Shown: positions 22,036-31,740 of the stretch, one piece after another | Layout of the letters: each line of letters opens with the position of its first letter | How positions within the stretch are numbered: position 1 is the first letter of the stretch | NCBI GenBank assembly: GCA_963666345.1 | Contig: OY762721.1 | Location: 3,936,001-4,000,000, forward strand | Direction: 5' to 3' | Source: Desulfatiglandales bacterium | Lineage (GTDB): Bacteria; Desulfobacterota; DSM-4660; Desulfatiglandales; Desulfatiglandaceae | Length of the DNA stretch: 64,000 bases | Notes under the pieces: model-generated | Database searches by the model: none | What the model saw: only the letters and a program-made list of their open reading frames with translations | Told to the model about the DNA's origin: nothing | Program-made: the position numbers and the translations under genes

Positions 22036-22871
22036 CAGACCTTCAGGTTCATGCCTTTCTGCAAAACGCGCTTTTGACCGGCATTTTGGCAAGCATAGCC
22101 TGTGGAATTATCGGAAGTTATGTGGTTACCAGGAGAATCACCTATGTCGCCGGTGGTATCGCACACAGTGTCCTGGGGGGTATGGGCGCGGCCAGGTATC
22201 TTGAGGTCGTCTATGACTGGGAGTGGATTCATCCTCTTTACGGTGCGGTTGCGGCGGCACTTTTGTCCGCCGCCGTCATAGGACTTGTGGGCCTGAAGGC
22301 CAGGCAGAGGGAGGATACCGTCATAGGGGCTGTCTGGGCCATCGGCATGGCAACCGGTATCTTATTCATATTCAAGACACCGGGATACAACGAAGACCTT
22401 ATGAGCTATCTGTTCGGTAATATCCTCATGGTTTCATCTTCCGAACTTTGGCTGATAGGGGGTCTTGATCTGCTCGTCGTTGTTGCGGGACTCCTGTTTT
22501 ACAACCAGTTGATGGCGGTCTGTTTTGATGAGGAGTTCGCAAGACTGAGGGGTATCCATGTGGAGTTCTTTTACCTGCTGCTTCTCTGCCTAACCGCCTT
22601 GACCGTGGTATTGCTTGTTACAGTGGTGGGTATCGTCATGGTAATAGCCCTTCTTACGCTTCCCGTCGCTGTTGCAGGGCACTTTTCACGTAGATTGTGG
22701 CAGATGATGGGCCTTTCCGTGATATTTACCTCCGCCGTAACAACAGGGGGGCTCGTATTGAGTTACGGTCCTGACCTGCCGGCAGGGGCGACAACCATCG
22801 TGCTGGCAGGTGTCTTATATATTCTGGTTTCGGTATGTTCCAGGTTTCGGAGAATAAGGCGAAGTGAGTGA
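22020..22871 (+). CDS. znuB: Metal ABC transporter permease
   Basis: GGIAHSVLGG, YLFGNIL, FDEEFA. Confidence 0.88.
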   Translation: MVEFLTDLQVHAFLQNALLTGILASIACGIIGSYVVTRRITYVAGGIAHSVLGGMGAARYLEVVYDWEWIHPLYGAVAAALLSAAVIGLVGLKARQREDTVIGAVWAIGMATGILFIFKTPGYNEDLMSYLFGNILMVSSSELWLIGGLDLLVVVAGLLFYNQLMAVCFDEEFARLRGIHVEFFYLLLLCLTALTVVLLVTVVGIVMVIALLTLPVAVAGHFSRRLWQMMGLSVIFTSAVTTGGLVLSYGPDLPAGATTIVLAGVLYILVSVCSRFRRIRRSE

Positions 22872-22921
22872 TGTCTCGGCAAGGTTTGCAGATTCAAGCC
22901 ATTGGAAGCGGCAGACCTGTT

Positions 22922-23704
22922 TTATAAGGGGCCTTCGAACAACCTTGCGACAGCATCAAATGAATCCCTTATCTTTTTACCCACCTCTGCCAGCCTTGAT
23001 TTTGAGGACATGTGGGAACTTCCGTCCAGGTAAAGGTCTTGATTGAGTTCGATCTGGATACCTATCTTTCCTGTCGTTTCAAAATCATGGCCGTAATGAT
23101 ACATGATATATCCGCCCCTGTAGGGGTAATTGAGAGAAACTGAGAAACCGGATTTTTCAAAGGCCTCTTTTATGCCGTTCATGGTGTCGGGCGGGCAGGT
23201 GATGCCGCCTGCGCCGGGAACCCTTTTCCCATGTCCGTCTCCATAGTTGCTGAGGGTGATGTCACTTCTTTTCCTGCCGGCATCAGGGGCATCCCTTGGG
23301 CCGGTACCATTGAGCGAATGACAGTCAAAAATAGCCTTTATCCCCGGATTTTCAAAACGGCCGGAAAGTTTTTCGTGAAATGGCCGGTAATACATGTCGA
23401 TTCTGTCTTCAGTTTGCTCCTTATCCGGCTCAGAGCCTCTGTAAAAGATCCTCCTTCCATGGTAATCCGTCTTTGCTATTACGCCCTTTTCATCAAGCCT
23501 GCCCGGAGTCCTGTTAAGATCCACAACCAGACGGCTCCATTCTGCGCGCAGGACCGCGGCGGCCGGCAGTGCCCCGAATATCTCACCTGTTCCTCTGTCG
23601 ACGGATTCCAGTATCTCCTTGTCGGTGAGTGCTATGGCGGGCCTGATATCATCCGGAACGCGGTGAGAGCAGTGGGGTATGGATAAAACAAAAGGGTAGG
23701 GCAT
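22922..23704 (-). CDS. N-formylglutamate amidohydrolase family protein
   Basis: SIPHCS, SRLVVDLNR, YYRPFH, DCHS, NYPYRGG, QIELNQDLY. Confidence 0.9.
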   Translation of the reverse strand: MPYPFVLSIPHCSHRVPDDIRPAIALTDKEILESVDRGTGEIFGALPAAAVLRAEWSRLVVDLNRTPGRLDEKGVIAKTDYHGRRIFYRGSEPDKEQTEDRIDMYYRPFHEKLSGRFENPGIKAIFDCHSLNGTGPRDAPDAGRKRSDITLSNYGDGHGKRVPGAGGITCPPDTMNGIKEAFEKSGFSVSLNYPYRGGYIMYHYGHDFETTGKIGIQIELNQDLYLDGSSHMSSKSRLAEVGKKIRDSFDAVARLFEGPL

Positions 23705-23838
23705 AAGACATCTCCTTGAATTGACTTGATAAACCTATTAATTCCTTTCAGTGAACCTGGCCACTTGAAAATGGTTTCTGCCGAGATTGTGGAGCCTTTC
23801 GGCCTGCGCGTCCGTACATCCGGGCCGGGATTGTTCAA

Positions 23839-24831
23839 TCAATCCTCCGTCTGAAAACAGGCGACAAAATGATCCTTCTCAATCTCCTTTAAAAGGGGCC
23901 TTTGTCTGCTGCATTCAAGCCCTTTTGAAACTGCGCACCTTTCATGAAAGGGGCAACCCTGCAGATCGTAGTGGCCCCTGTGCCGATTGGTGAGAAGCGT
24001 CCCGTACGGCTCAAAGCCCCTTGGATTGCCGTAGCTGGGAAGGGCATCTATGAGGGCCTTTGTGTAGGGGTGAGCCGGGTTGTTTATGAGATCTTTTCCC
24101 GGCCCGAGCTCAACCATGTTTCCCCTGTATATCACGGCTATACGGTCACAGAGATAGCGGGCCGCGGCAAGACTGTGGCTGATGAAGAAAATGGTCACAT
24201 GGAACCTGTCTCTCATATCAAGAAGGATATTGAAGATCTGAGCCGATATGGAGGCGTCCAGCATGGATGTCGGCTCATCGGCCACGACGAAACCGGGTCG
24301 GATGACCATTGCCCTGGCAATTGCGACCCTTTGTCTCTGACCTCCGCTTAACTGATGCGGAAAGCTTTGGAAATAGTCCTGAGGCGGTGAGAGCCCGACT
24401 GTCTTGATGGCCTCTTCAGCCATCTCTTTTATCTTCCACCTGTCTCCTTTCCTGTGGATTGAAAGGGGTTCGGATACCGTGTCGATAACCGACATATGGG
24501 GATTCAGCGACTGGTAAGGATCCTGGAATATCATCTGGACCTTTTGTCTGAATTCTTTAAGAGCCTTCCCCTTAAGCCCGCCTATGTCAATCCCATCAAG
24601 ATATATATTACCCTTTTCAGGCTCCTCCAGCTTGGTTATCAGACGGCCTGCGGTGGTCTTGCCGCTGCCGCTTTCCCCAATAAGCCCGAATATTTCTCCC
24701 TTCATGACGGCAAGAGAGATCCTGTCAAGGGCTGTTACGTCTTTGCGCCTTTTACCCATCAGGTTCCTTTTGCCCCTGTAGGTCTTACTTACCTGTTCGA
24801 GTCTGATTATGTGTTCTTTTTGGGGTGCCAT
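23839..24831 (-). CDS. Oligopeptide/dipeptide ABC ATPase (OppF/DppF-like)
   Basis: GESGSGKTT, LSGGQRQR, HPYTKAL, C-terminal Cys cluster. Confidence 0.92.
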   Translation of the reverse strand: MAPQKEHIIRLEQVSKTYRGKRNLMGKRRKDVTALDRISLAVMKGEIFGLIGESGSGKTTAGRLITKLEEPEKGNIYLDGIDIGGLKGKALKEFRQKVQMIFQDPYQSLNPHMSVIDTVSEPLSIHRKGDRWKIKEMAEEAIKTVGLSPPQDYFQSFPHQLSGGQRQRVAIARAMVIRPGFVVADEPTSMLDASISAQIFNILLDMRDRFHVTIFFISHSLAAARYLCDRIAVIYRGNMVELGPGKDLINNPAHPYTKALIDALPSYGNPRGFEPYGTLLTNRHRGHYDLQGCPFHERCAVSKGLECSRQRPLLKEIEKDHFVACFQTED

Positions 24832-24851
24832 TTTTTGCCTGTATGAAACGA

Positions 24852-25802
24852 TCAGCCGAAGCAAAGTGCCTTATGTGTCCGGGTAATTTCAACCCAGGGC
24901 GGAGGTTCATTGCGGCACTTATCCGTTGCGGTCGTACACCTGTCACAGAACCTGCATCCTTTAAGGACGCAGACCAGATTGGGGGCCTCACCGGGTATCG
25001 GCTCAAGTCGGAGCTTTTCCCCGGTAAGCGTAGGAAAGGATGCCAGAAGCGCCTTTGTGTAGGGATGAACAGGATTGTCGAAGACTTCTTCCCTCCTGCC
25101 GATTTCAATAATCTGACCCGCGTACATTACCGCAATGTTATGACAGATATCCGCTACCACGGATATGTCGTGTGAGATATAGATGATCCCAATGTGAAAT
25201 CCATCCTGAAGTTTTTTGATCTCCCCGAGTATCTGATCCTGGACTATGACATCCAGGGCTGTGGTCGGCTCATCGGCGATTATTAGATTCGGACGGCACG
25301 AAAGCGCCATGGCAATTACGGCACGCTGCTTCATGCCCCCGCTGTATTGATGAGGATAGTCATTTATGCGCTCTGCCGGGATGCCTACGAGGTCAAAGAG
25401 TTCTTCGACATTTTTTGAGACCTCCTTTGCGGGCATTTCACTGTTATGGGCCTTTATGGCCTCACCTATCTGCGCACCGACCTTGTGAACCGGGTTAAGC
25501 GCATTCATTGCCGCCTGGAAGATCATTGCGATCTTACTCCACCTGATTGATCTAAACTCGTTTTCCGGTATTGCATTTAAGTCTTTTTCCTGAAAGAAGA
25601 TGTTCCCTCCGGTTACGGATGCATTCGGCGGCAGGAGCCCCATGATCGCCTTTCCTATGGTCGTCTTTCCGCACCCGGATTCTCCGACCAGCCCAAGCGA
25701 CCTGCCTGAATCAAGGGAAAAAGAGACATCATCCACCGCCTTGAGGAAGCCCTTTTTCGTCTGGTATCCCACGTTCAGTTTTTTGACGTCGAGTAGAGCC
25801 AT
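24852..25802 (-). CDS. Oligopeptide/dipeptide ABC ATPase (OppD/DppD-like)
   Basis: GESGCGKTT, YSGGMKQR, DEPTTALD; start placed at MALLDVK. Confidence 0.92.
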   Translation of the reverse strand: MALLDVKKLNVGYQTKKGFLKAVDDVSFSLDSGRSLGLVGESGCGKTTIGKAIMGLLPPNASVTGGNIFFQEKDLNAIPENEFRSIRWSKIAMIFQAAMNALNPVHKVGAQIGEAIKAHNSEMPAKEVSKNVEELFDLVGIPAERINDYPHQYSGGMKQRAVIAMALSCRPNLIIADEPTTALDVIVQDQILGEIKKLQDGFHIGIIYISHDISVVADICHNIAVMYAGQIIEIGRREEVFDNPVHPYTKALLASFPTLTGEKLRLEPIPGEAPNLVCVLKGCRFCDRCTTATDKCRNEPPPWVEITRTHKALCFG

Positions 25803-25803
25803 A

Positions 25804-26724
25804 TCATCCGGCCTCGGAATTCCTTCTGAGCCTCGGGTCAAGGACTTCATCCATGGCACGACCCAGCATGTAAAAGGAAAGGGTGATCATGGAGATGCAT
25901 ATCCCGGGGGGCAGGAGCCAGTAGGGGGCCTGAAACATGTGGCCGGTTTTCCAGACCCACTGCAGCATCATTCCCCAGCTGACCGTGCCTGGATCTCCAA
26001 AGCCCAGAAAGGCCAGTGCCGCCTCTATAATGATAGCGGAGGTCACCCTGAAGGTCATATACAGAAATGCCAGGGGCAGGACGTTCGGCATGATATGCCT
26101 GAAGATGATTCTCAGATGCCCTGCGCCGGCAACCTTTGCCGCGTCGATAAAAGGCCTTTGTTTGAGCGAGAGGGTCTGTGCCCTTATTACGCGCGCAACC
26201 CCGGGCCACCTGAAAAGCGCAATCAATATTACGATGACCCATATATTGAGCTGCCCGAAAAGAGATGAAAGGATGAGTACCACCAGCAGTGTGGGCATTA
26301 CCATTATCATGTCGGCCGATCTCATCAGGAATGCGTCCGTGGATCTGCCCGAATAGCCGGCGACCATGCCTATGGTCGTCCCGATAACTATGCTCATAAA
26401 GGCCGCTGAGATGCCGACTATGAAGGCCACTCTCGCACCTGCCAGAAGCTGACTCAGAATATCCCTTCCGATGAAATCGGTGCCCAGCCAGTGCCTGAAA
26501 CTGGGGCCGGTTGAAAAAGATATCTGGGGGTCGACCCCCGTCATGGGATGATACATGGGGCTGATCATGGGAGGGATGAAACTGCCCAGGGCCATAAAGG
26601 CGAATACTACCAGGAGGGTGAGGCCTATCTTTCCCACAAGGCTTTCCCTGAACAGTGCCCATCCTTCAAGGAAGCGTTGTATCCAGTGGTATCTGTCCGT
26701 AAGTCGAGCCGGTCTTGAAGTCAA
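25804..26724 (-). CDS. Peptide ABC permease (OppC/DppC-like)
   Basis: HWLGTDFIGRD, EAA loop DAAKVAGAG, SWGMML. Confidence 0.92.
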   Translation of the reverse strand: MTSRPARLTDRYHWIQRFLEGWALFRESLVGKIGLTLLVVFAFMALGSFIPPMISPMYHPMTGVDPQISFSTGPSFRHWLGTDFIGRDILSQLLAGARVAFIVGISAAFMSIVIGTTIGMVAGYSGRSTDAFLMRSADMIMVMPTLLVVLILSSLFGQLNIWVIVILIALFRWPGVARVIRAQTLSLKQRPFIDAAKVAGAGHLRIIFRHIMPNVLPLAFLYMTFRVTSAIIIEAALAFLGFGDPGTVSWGMMLQWVWKTGHMFQAPYWLLPPGICISMITLSFYMLGRAMDEVLDPRLRRNSEAG

Positions 26725-26763
26725 ATCTGAAACCTCCGTATAGACTGAAGGTGTTTCAGCCTT

Positions 26764-27741
26764 TTAATATCTTATCCTGGGGTCCAGGTATGCATAAAGT
26801 ACATCGACGATAACATTTGCCACAAGCACGACTGCCGCTATGAGCAGAAAGGATGCCTGGGCAAGCGGATAGTCATTGTTGCTTACAGAGAAAACCAGCT
26901 CCCTGCCCAGACCGGGCCAGGTGAATACGGTTTCGGTCAGCGCGCCGCCGTTTATGGAAAAGGCGAGACTGAGCCCTATGCTTGTGACTACCGGCAGGGC
27001 GGCATTAGGGGCCGCGTGATGGTTCCGTATGATCTTTTCTTCAAGCCCTTTTGCCCTTGCCGTTAATATGTAGTCCTCTTTGAGGGTCTCAAGCATGCTG
27101 CTCCTCATAATAAGGAGGTAGCTGCCGAAATGGATGAGAAAAAGCGTCCCGAGGGGGAGTATCATGTGATGTATTATGTCCAGTGCCTTTTTCAGGGACC
27201 CTGAACCGGGATCCAGCCAGATCTCGGGTGTGATCATTCCGGTCAGGGGAAACCAGCCGACCTTGTAGGCAAAAAACCAGATCATCAAAAGGGCGATCCA
27301 GGGCAGAAACATTGTATGACAGACGAGCGCCCCGATGGTCATGGCCGTATCCTTAAAGCTTCCCTTGGCCCATGAGGCGATCTTTCCCAGAAAAACCCCG
27401 AAAAAGGCTGAAAGCATAATCGATGTTGTGAAAAGAAGAATAGTGTTGGGCAGACGGTCCAGGATTATCTTGAGCACCGGCCTTCCGTAATGAAAGGACG
27501 TCCCCATGTTTCCCGAGAAAAAATTCTTGAGATAGTAAAGATACTGGACGCTTATCGGTTTATCAAGGCCGAGCTGGGAAATCAGTATCTCGGCGTCTTC
27601 AGGTGTCATGGTGGGGTCCACCATCCTTTCGATCGGATCACCCGGCGCGATTCGGAACAGGACAAAGAGCACCGTCAATATAATAAAAAAGATTATTATA
27701 ATCTGTCCGAGCCTCAGGGCCACGTATCTGTTGAGTGCCAT
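26764..27741 (-). CDS. Peptide ABC permease (OppB/DppB-like)
   Basis: APGDP, GLDKP, TARAKGL, ETVFTWPGLG. Confidence 0.92.
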   Translation of the reverse strand: MALNRYVALRLGQIIIIFFIILTVLFVLFRIAPGDPIERMVDPTMTPEDAEILISQLGLDKPISVQYLYYLKNFFSGNMGTSFHYGRPVLKIILDRLPNTILLFTTSIMLSAFFGVFLGKIASWAKGSFKDTAMTIGALVCHTMFLPWIALLMIWFFAYKVGWFPLTGMITPEIWLDPGSGSLKKALDIIHHMILPLGTLFLIHFGSYLLIMRSSMLETLKEDYILTARAKGLEEKIIRNHHAAPNAALPVVTSIGLSLAFSINGGALTETVFTWPGLGRELVFSVSNNDYPLAQASFLLIAAVVLVANVIVDVLYAYLDPRIRY

Positions 27742-27914
27742 ATGAGAGTCCTGTGGTTTATTGCATTGAGCCTTCGGTTTTCAGGCCAGCGGCTTGTTTC
27801 CTTATCTGTTTTGCAGGCAGCCGACGGCTGCTCGCCTCTGGTGCCGAACCGGAAAAAGGCGTTTTTGTTGCTCCGACCTGGATCCATCGTCCAATTCAGG
27901 TCTTGATTCAAAGA

Positions 27915-29618
27915 TCAATCGGTTACTTCGACTGCCCTGACCTGGCAGAAGGACCATATGTTCCCGATCCCTCCCAGCGTCTCGACCCATCCGGTAAACC
28001 TGTCGGTCCTTACCGCTTCACTGATCATAGGGTTATAGATCGGAACATAGGGGACGTCTCCAAGTATTATCCTTTGCATCTCCAGGATAACATCCCTTCT
28101 TCTGTTGATGTCCATTAAGCCTGTTGAGCGCTCAGCCAGTCTGTCGAAACGGGGATTGTTGTAACCGCTCATGTTCCAGCCTCTCTCCCTGTCGTTTGCC
28201 GAATGGAAAAAGACCCCCAGATATCCGGCATCAAGGGACAGCCTTCCGTAACCCAGTATAAAGAGGTCGAAGTCGTGCCGGGCCTTGACCTGCTGCAGAA
28301 GAGAACTGAAAGACATCGGTCTGGCAAAGGCCGGCATTCCGAAGGCCCTGAGCCATTCCTGTATCATCATTCCGCACATGGCGCGGTGGGGGTCATAGTC
28401 GGCCGGGGGCGTAAGTATGGTGAATCTTCCCATAGGCTTACCCCCGGGCAGACGAAGGCCGTTAGCCTTGACCACGTTCCCGTTGTCATCAACAGGAGGA
28501 AGATCCCAGTCGTAACCCGACCGTTTGAGAATATGGTACGCCTTTTTTACGCGTGCCTCAGCTGTAAGGCCTTCACCGTATAAGGGCAGATCGGGGCAGT
28601 ACCAGAACCTGTTACCGGGCGGGACGACCGAATGCATCTTGATTGCGTAACCCTGAAGGATTCGCGATATTATAAAATCCTTGTCAATAAGAGTGGCCAC
28701 AGCCCTCCTGAGATTCGCGTCGTCAAAGGGGCCTCTTCGCAGATTGAATCCCATGAAGTAAAGCGCGCTTTTTTCACTCAGAAAGACCTTTATGTCCTTG
28801 TGCTCTTTCAGTTCGTCAAGGTACCCGGGCTGAATTCCCCACCAGGACATATCTATGCTTCCCTTTTTAAGGGAAAGGATTGCAACATCCGTGGTCCCGT
28901 AGATCTTGAAAATCAGATCGTTCACGTGCGGCCCAAGCAGTCGGCCGTTTATGGTTTTTCCCCGGCCGAAAAAATGCCTGTTTCTCTGCATGTGAACATA
29001 TGCCCCCTGTCTCCACTCCTTAAGCATATAGGGGCCGCAACCCACAGGATCCTCAGGATGGTGGTTCAACAACGCCCTTAAGGGTTTCATGCTCTTTGCG
29101 GCCTTTTGAACCACCTTTGCCCATTGCCTTTTCTGGACGATGGGAGTGGTTAGTGTCCTGCTCAGAAAAACGGCCTTGGGCCTGGTAAGGAAAAACCTTA
29201 CGGTGCGTTTGTCAGGGGTCTCGATCCTCTTTATGAACTCCCACCTGGATCTGAACCTGGGTATCTTGAAATCCTTGATAAGATTTCCGGTAAAGGCTAT
29301 GTCTTCCGAGGTTACATCGGTTCCGTCCGACCACTTCGCATGCCTGAGCCTGACGGTGTATGACAGATTCGCGGGATCAAATTGAGGCATCTGCTCCGCC
29401 AGCCACGGCACCATTTTGAGTGAAACAGGGTCCCTTAAATAAAGGGGCTGATAGATAAGCGAGAGCACCTTCCCGGAGTTGGCGTCGGTTGCAAACCAGA
29501 TATTGAGTGTCCTCGGTTCTTCCGAAAGACCTATCTTTAACGGCAGCCCTTTGTTTTCCACGGTACAGGAAAAGGTGCAGAGGATGATCATGATCAGGGC
29601 AGCAAGGCGCCTATTCAT
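27915..29618 (-). CDS. Peptide ABC substrate-binding protein (family 5), probable lipoprotein
   Basis: KWSDGTDVTSED, GCGPY, signal peptide ending ..FSC. Confidence 0.9.
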   Translation of the reverse strand: MNRRLAALIMIILCTFSCTVENKGLPLKIGLSEEPRTLNIWFATDANSGKVLSLIYQPLYLRDPVSLKMVPWLAEQMPQFDPANLSYTVRLRHAKWSDGTDVTSEDIAFTGNLIKDFKIPRFRSRWEFIKRIETPDKRTVRFFLTRPKAVFLSRTLTTPIVQKRQWAKVVQKAAKSMKPLRALLNHHPEDPVGCGPYMLKEWRQGAYVHMQRNRHFFGRGKTINGRLLGPHVNDLIFKIYGTTDVAILSLKKGSIDMSWWGIQPGYLDELKEHKDIKVFLSEKSALYFMGFNLRRGPFDDANLRRAVATLIDKDFIISRILQGYAIKMHSVVPPGNRFWYCPDLPLYGEGLTAEARVKKAYHILKRSGYDWDLPPVDDNGNVVKANGLRLPGGKPMGRFTILTPPADYDPHRAMCGMMIQEWLRAFGMPAFARPMSFSSLLQQVKARHDFDLFILGYGRLSLDAGYLGVFFHSANDRERGWNMSGYNNPRFDRLAERSTGLMDINRRRDVILEMQRIILGDVPYVPIYNPMISEAVRTDRFTGWVETLGGIGNIWSFCQVRAVEVTD

Positions 29619-29684
29619 AGGTTCATGATATTCTTTTACGGCAGATAAGATTCCTATGGCTCTTCCCTCTTTTCGGATTCCACA

Positions 29685-30686
29685 CTATCTCTTGTGACCG
29701 CGATTTAAATCCCTGACCCGTTCCTCGATAAAATCTATCACATCCCGTTCGATTTTTACATCGTCAAGCCGGTTTATCCGGGGTATCCCTCCGGGGCTTA
29801 CGCAGTTTACTTCAACCAGTTTGTCTCCTATGACGTCTATGCCCACAAAAAAGAGGCCATCCTTTATCAAACGGTCCTTTATGATAAGACAGATCTGTTT
29901 TTCCTTTTCAGTGACCTTGTGCTTGTATGCCTTTGCCCCGGCATGGATATTCGTCCTGAAGTCTCCCTTTTTTGGTTTCCTCCTCATTGCGCCCACAATT
30001 TCACCGTTTAAGAGCAATATCCTGACGTCTCCCTGTATTTTTACGATATCAAGATATTCCTGCACCATTATAGGTTCCCGGCTGTGGTAGGCATTGTATG
30101 CCTTCACGTAGTAGTTTGTCAGAGAGATCAGATTCTCCTCATCCCTTGTGCTTACCTTGATAACCCCCTCTCCTCCGTATCGTTGAAGGGGTTTGACCAC
30201 CATTGCTCCGCCGAACCCCTCGATTACCCTCTTGAGCCTTCCTGGGTCCCTGGACACATGCGTTTGAGGGATGATTTCGGGAAAATTGAGAGTATAGAGT
30301 TTGCTGTTTCCGAGAATCTGTCCAAGGGTGTCGTTTATGATAAACACCTTGTCTCTGACAAGGGACAGAAATTCCAATGACTGATAGACAAGGGGAGGGT
30401 CTTTTCTAAGAAACAGGGCGTCCAGATCGGTGAGGGTTTCAAATATCAGCTCCTCCCGTTTTGTGCACTGAATTATTGAACGCCAGTATTTTTTCATGGA
30501 AAGATCGCGGGTAACCGAGATGTCTCTCATCCTGGCCACTACTTCATCCTTTCTTATGTAGACATCATGGGGTTCCAGAAAATACACACTGTGCCCCCTC
30601 TGGTTGCATTCATACATGAGATGACTGGTGGTTTCATTCGTGGGTTCAATAGATCTAAGGGGGTCCATCACAAATGCGATTTTCAT
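29685..30686 (-). CDS. gshB: Glutathione synthetase-like ATP-grasp ligase
   Basis: MKIAFVMDPL, FLRKDPP, GDVRILL, FRTNIHAG, EVNCVSPGG. Confidence 0.85.
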   Translation of the reverse strand: MKIAFVMDPLRSIEPTNETTSHLMYECNQRGHSVYFLEPHDVYIRKDEVVARMRDISVTRDLSMKKYWRSIIQCTKREELIFETLTDLDALFLRKDPPLVYQSLEFLSLVRDKVFIINDTLGQILGNSKLYTLNFPEIIPQTHVSRDPGRLKRVIEGFGGAMVVKPLQRYGGEGVIKVSTRDEENLISLTNYYVKAYNAYHSREPIMVQEYLDIVKIQGDVRILLLNGEIVGAMRRKPKKGDFRTNIHAGAKAYKHKVTEKEKQICLIIKDRLIKDGLFFVGIDVIGDKLVEVNCVSPGGIPRINRLDDVKIERDVIDFIEERVRDLNRGHKR

Positions 30687-30789
30687 AAGACAACTCCTGT
30701 TCTACCACTAAGCGCTTTCGGCATAATATGGCATGGATTGCGAATTTCAAGATCTTAAGGCACGGGGAAAATCGGGAACAGTTGGATTT

Positions 30790-31692
30790 CTAAGGGCCGT
30801 CCGGGTCTTCGTCTATCCATCTGTGCCTTGCCTGGTGTTCCTCCAGGCAGATACAGTCGGGCTTGTCACACCATATAAGTCTGAATCCGGTGGTCCTGAA
30901 TCTGCTTGCCGGGTGACCTGAGTTTCGATTGGCCGATCTGCACCTTTCAGCGGGACCGAACCAGCTCCCACCCCTGCGAACCCTGTTGGTACCATCTTTA
31001 GGTCCGCAAGGGTCAGTGACCCGGTTTTCAGGGTAATCCCCGTATCGGTCGTGACACCATTCCCACACATTCCCATGCATGTCGTATATGCCCCATGCAT
31101 TAGGGCTGAAGCTTCCTACAGGGGCCGGTTGATCTGAGTAAAGCCCCCTGGACCTGAAATATTGGACACAACTCTTTCCCTTCAGGCTGTTATTGCAGAA
31201 CATAGCCGTTGTACAATCAAGGACATCCCCCCACGCATATGCATCACTGCTGCCCGCCCTGCAGGCATATTCCCACTCCGCTTCCGTAGGGAGCCTGTAA
31301 TACCCGTTGCCCTTTTTGTTGAGCCTTTCAATGAAATCCACGCAGTCATACCAGGATACCCTTACAACCGGCATATTATCCTCGCCCTTTCTCGGGAAGA
31401 AAAACCGCCTGCCCATGACTGCCCGCCACTGGCCCAGAGTGACTTCGGTTTTTTGGATATAAAATGGCCTGCCTATCGTAACCTTATGCTGGATTTCCCC
31501 CGGGTCACCCCCCTCGGCGGGGGGGCTTCCCATTGTAAAGGTGCCACCTGGAATAAGGAGGAATTCCATGCCGATTGAATTTTTAAGGGCCCTTTGATCA
31601 GCCTCGCACTGACCCGGAAAGCTGAAATGGGCCCCCGTCAAAAAAAAGACCATGATAAAATATTTCAGAGTTCGGTGTATTTTAATCTGCAT
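30790..31692 (-). CDS. Formylglycine-generating enzyme (FGE-sulfatase/C-type lectin fold) family protein, exported
   Basis: RLPTEAEWEYACRAG, DMHGNVWEW, RGGSW, GFRL. Confidence 0.9.
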   Translation of the reverse strand: MQIKIHRTLKYFIMVFFLTGAHFSFPGQCEADQRALKNSIGMEFLLIPGGTFTMGSPPAEGGDPGEIQHKVTIGRPFYIQKTEVTLGQWRAVMGRRFFFPRKGEDNMPVVRVSWYDCVDFIERLNKKGNGYYRLPTEAEWEYACRAGSSDAYAWGDVLDCTTAMFCNNSLKGKSCVQYFRSRGLYSDQPAPVGSFSPNAWGIYDMHGNVWEWCHDRYGDYPENRVTDPCGPKDGTNRVRRGGSWFGPAERCRSANRNSGHPASRFRTTGFRLIWCDKPDCICLEEHQARHRWIDEDPDGP

Positions 31693-31740
31693 GATCACAC
31701 CTTTTTCAGGGTTAAAAGTACCGGGCCAAAAAAACAAGTC

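Noticed and set aside
27714..27911. 65-aa ORF between the peptide-binding protein and permease genes as a precursor peptide
   Set aside because: No clear RBS or compositional signature, and it overlaps the permease start; more likely a structured intercistronic spacer.
30790..31692. FGE-domain gene as a sulfatase-maturation enzyme or DGR target
   Set aside because: No sulfatase nearby, no FGE catalytic Cys pair evident near RGGSW, and no template repeat, so it is left as a generic FGE-fold protein.
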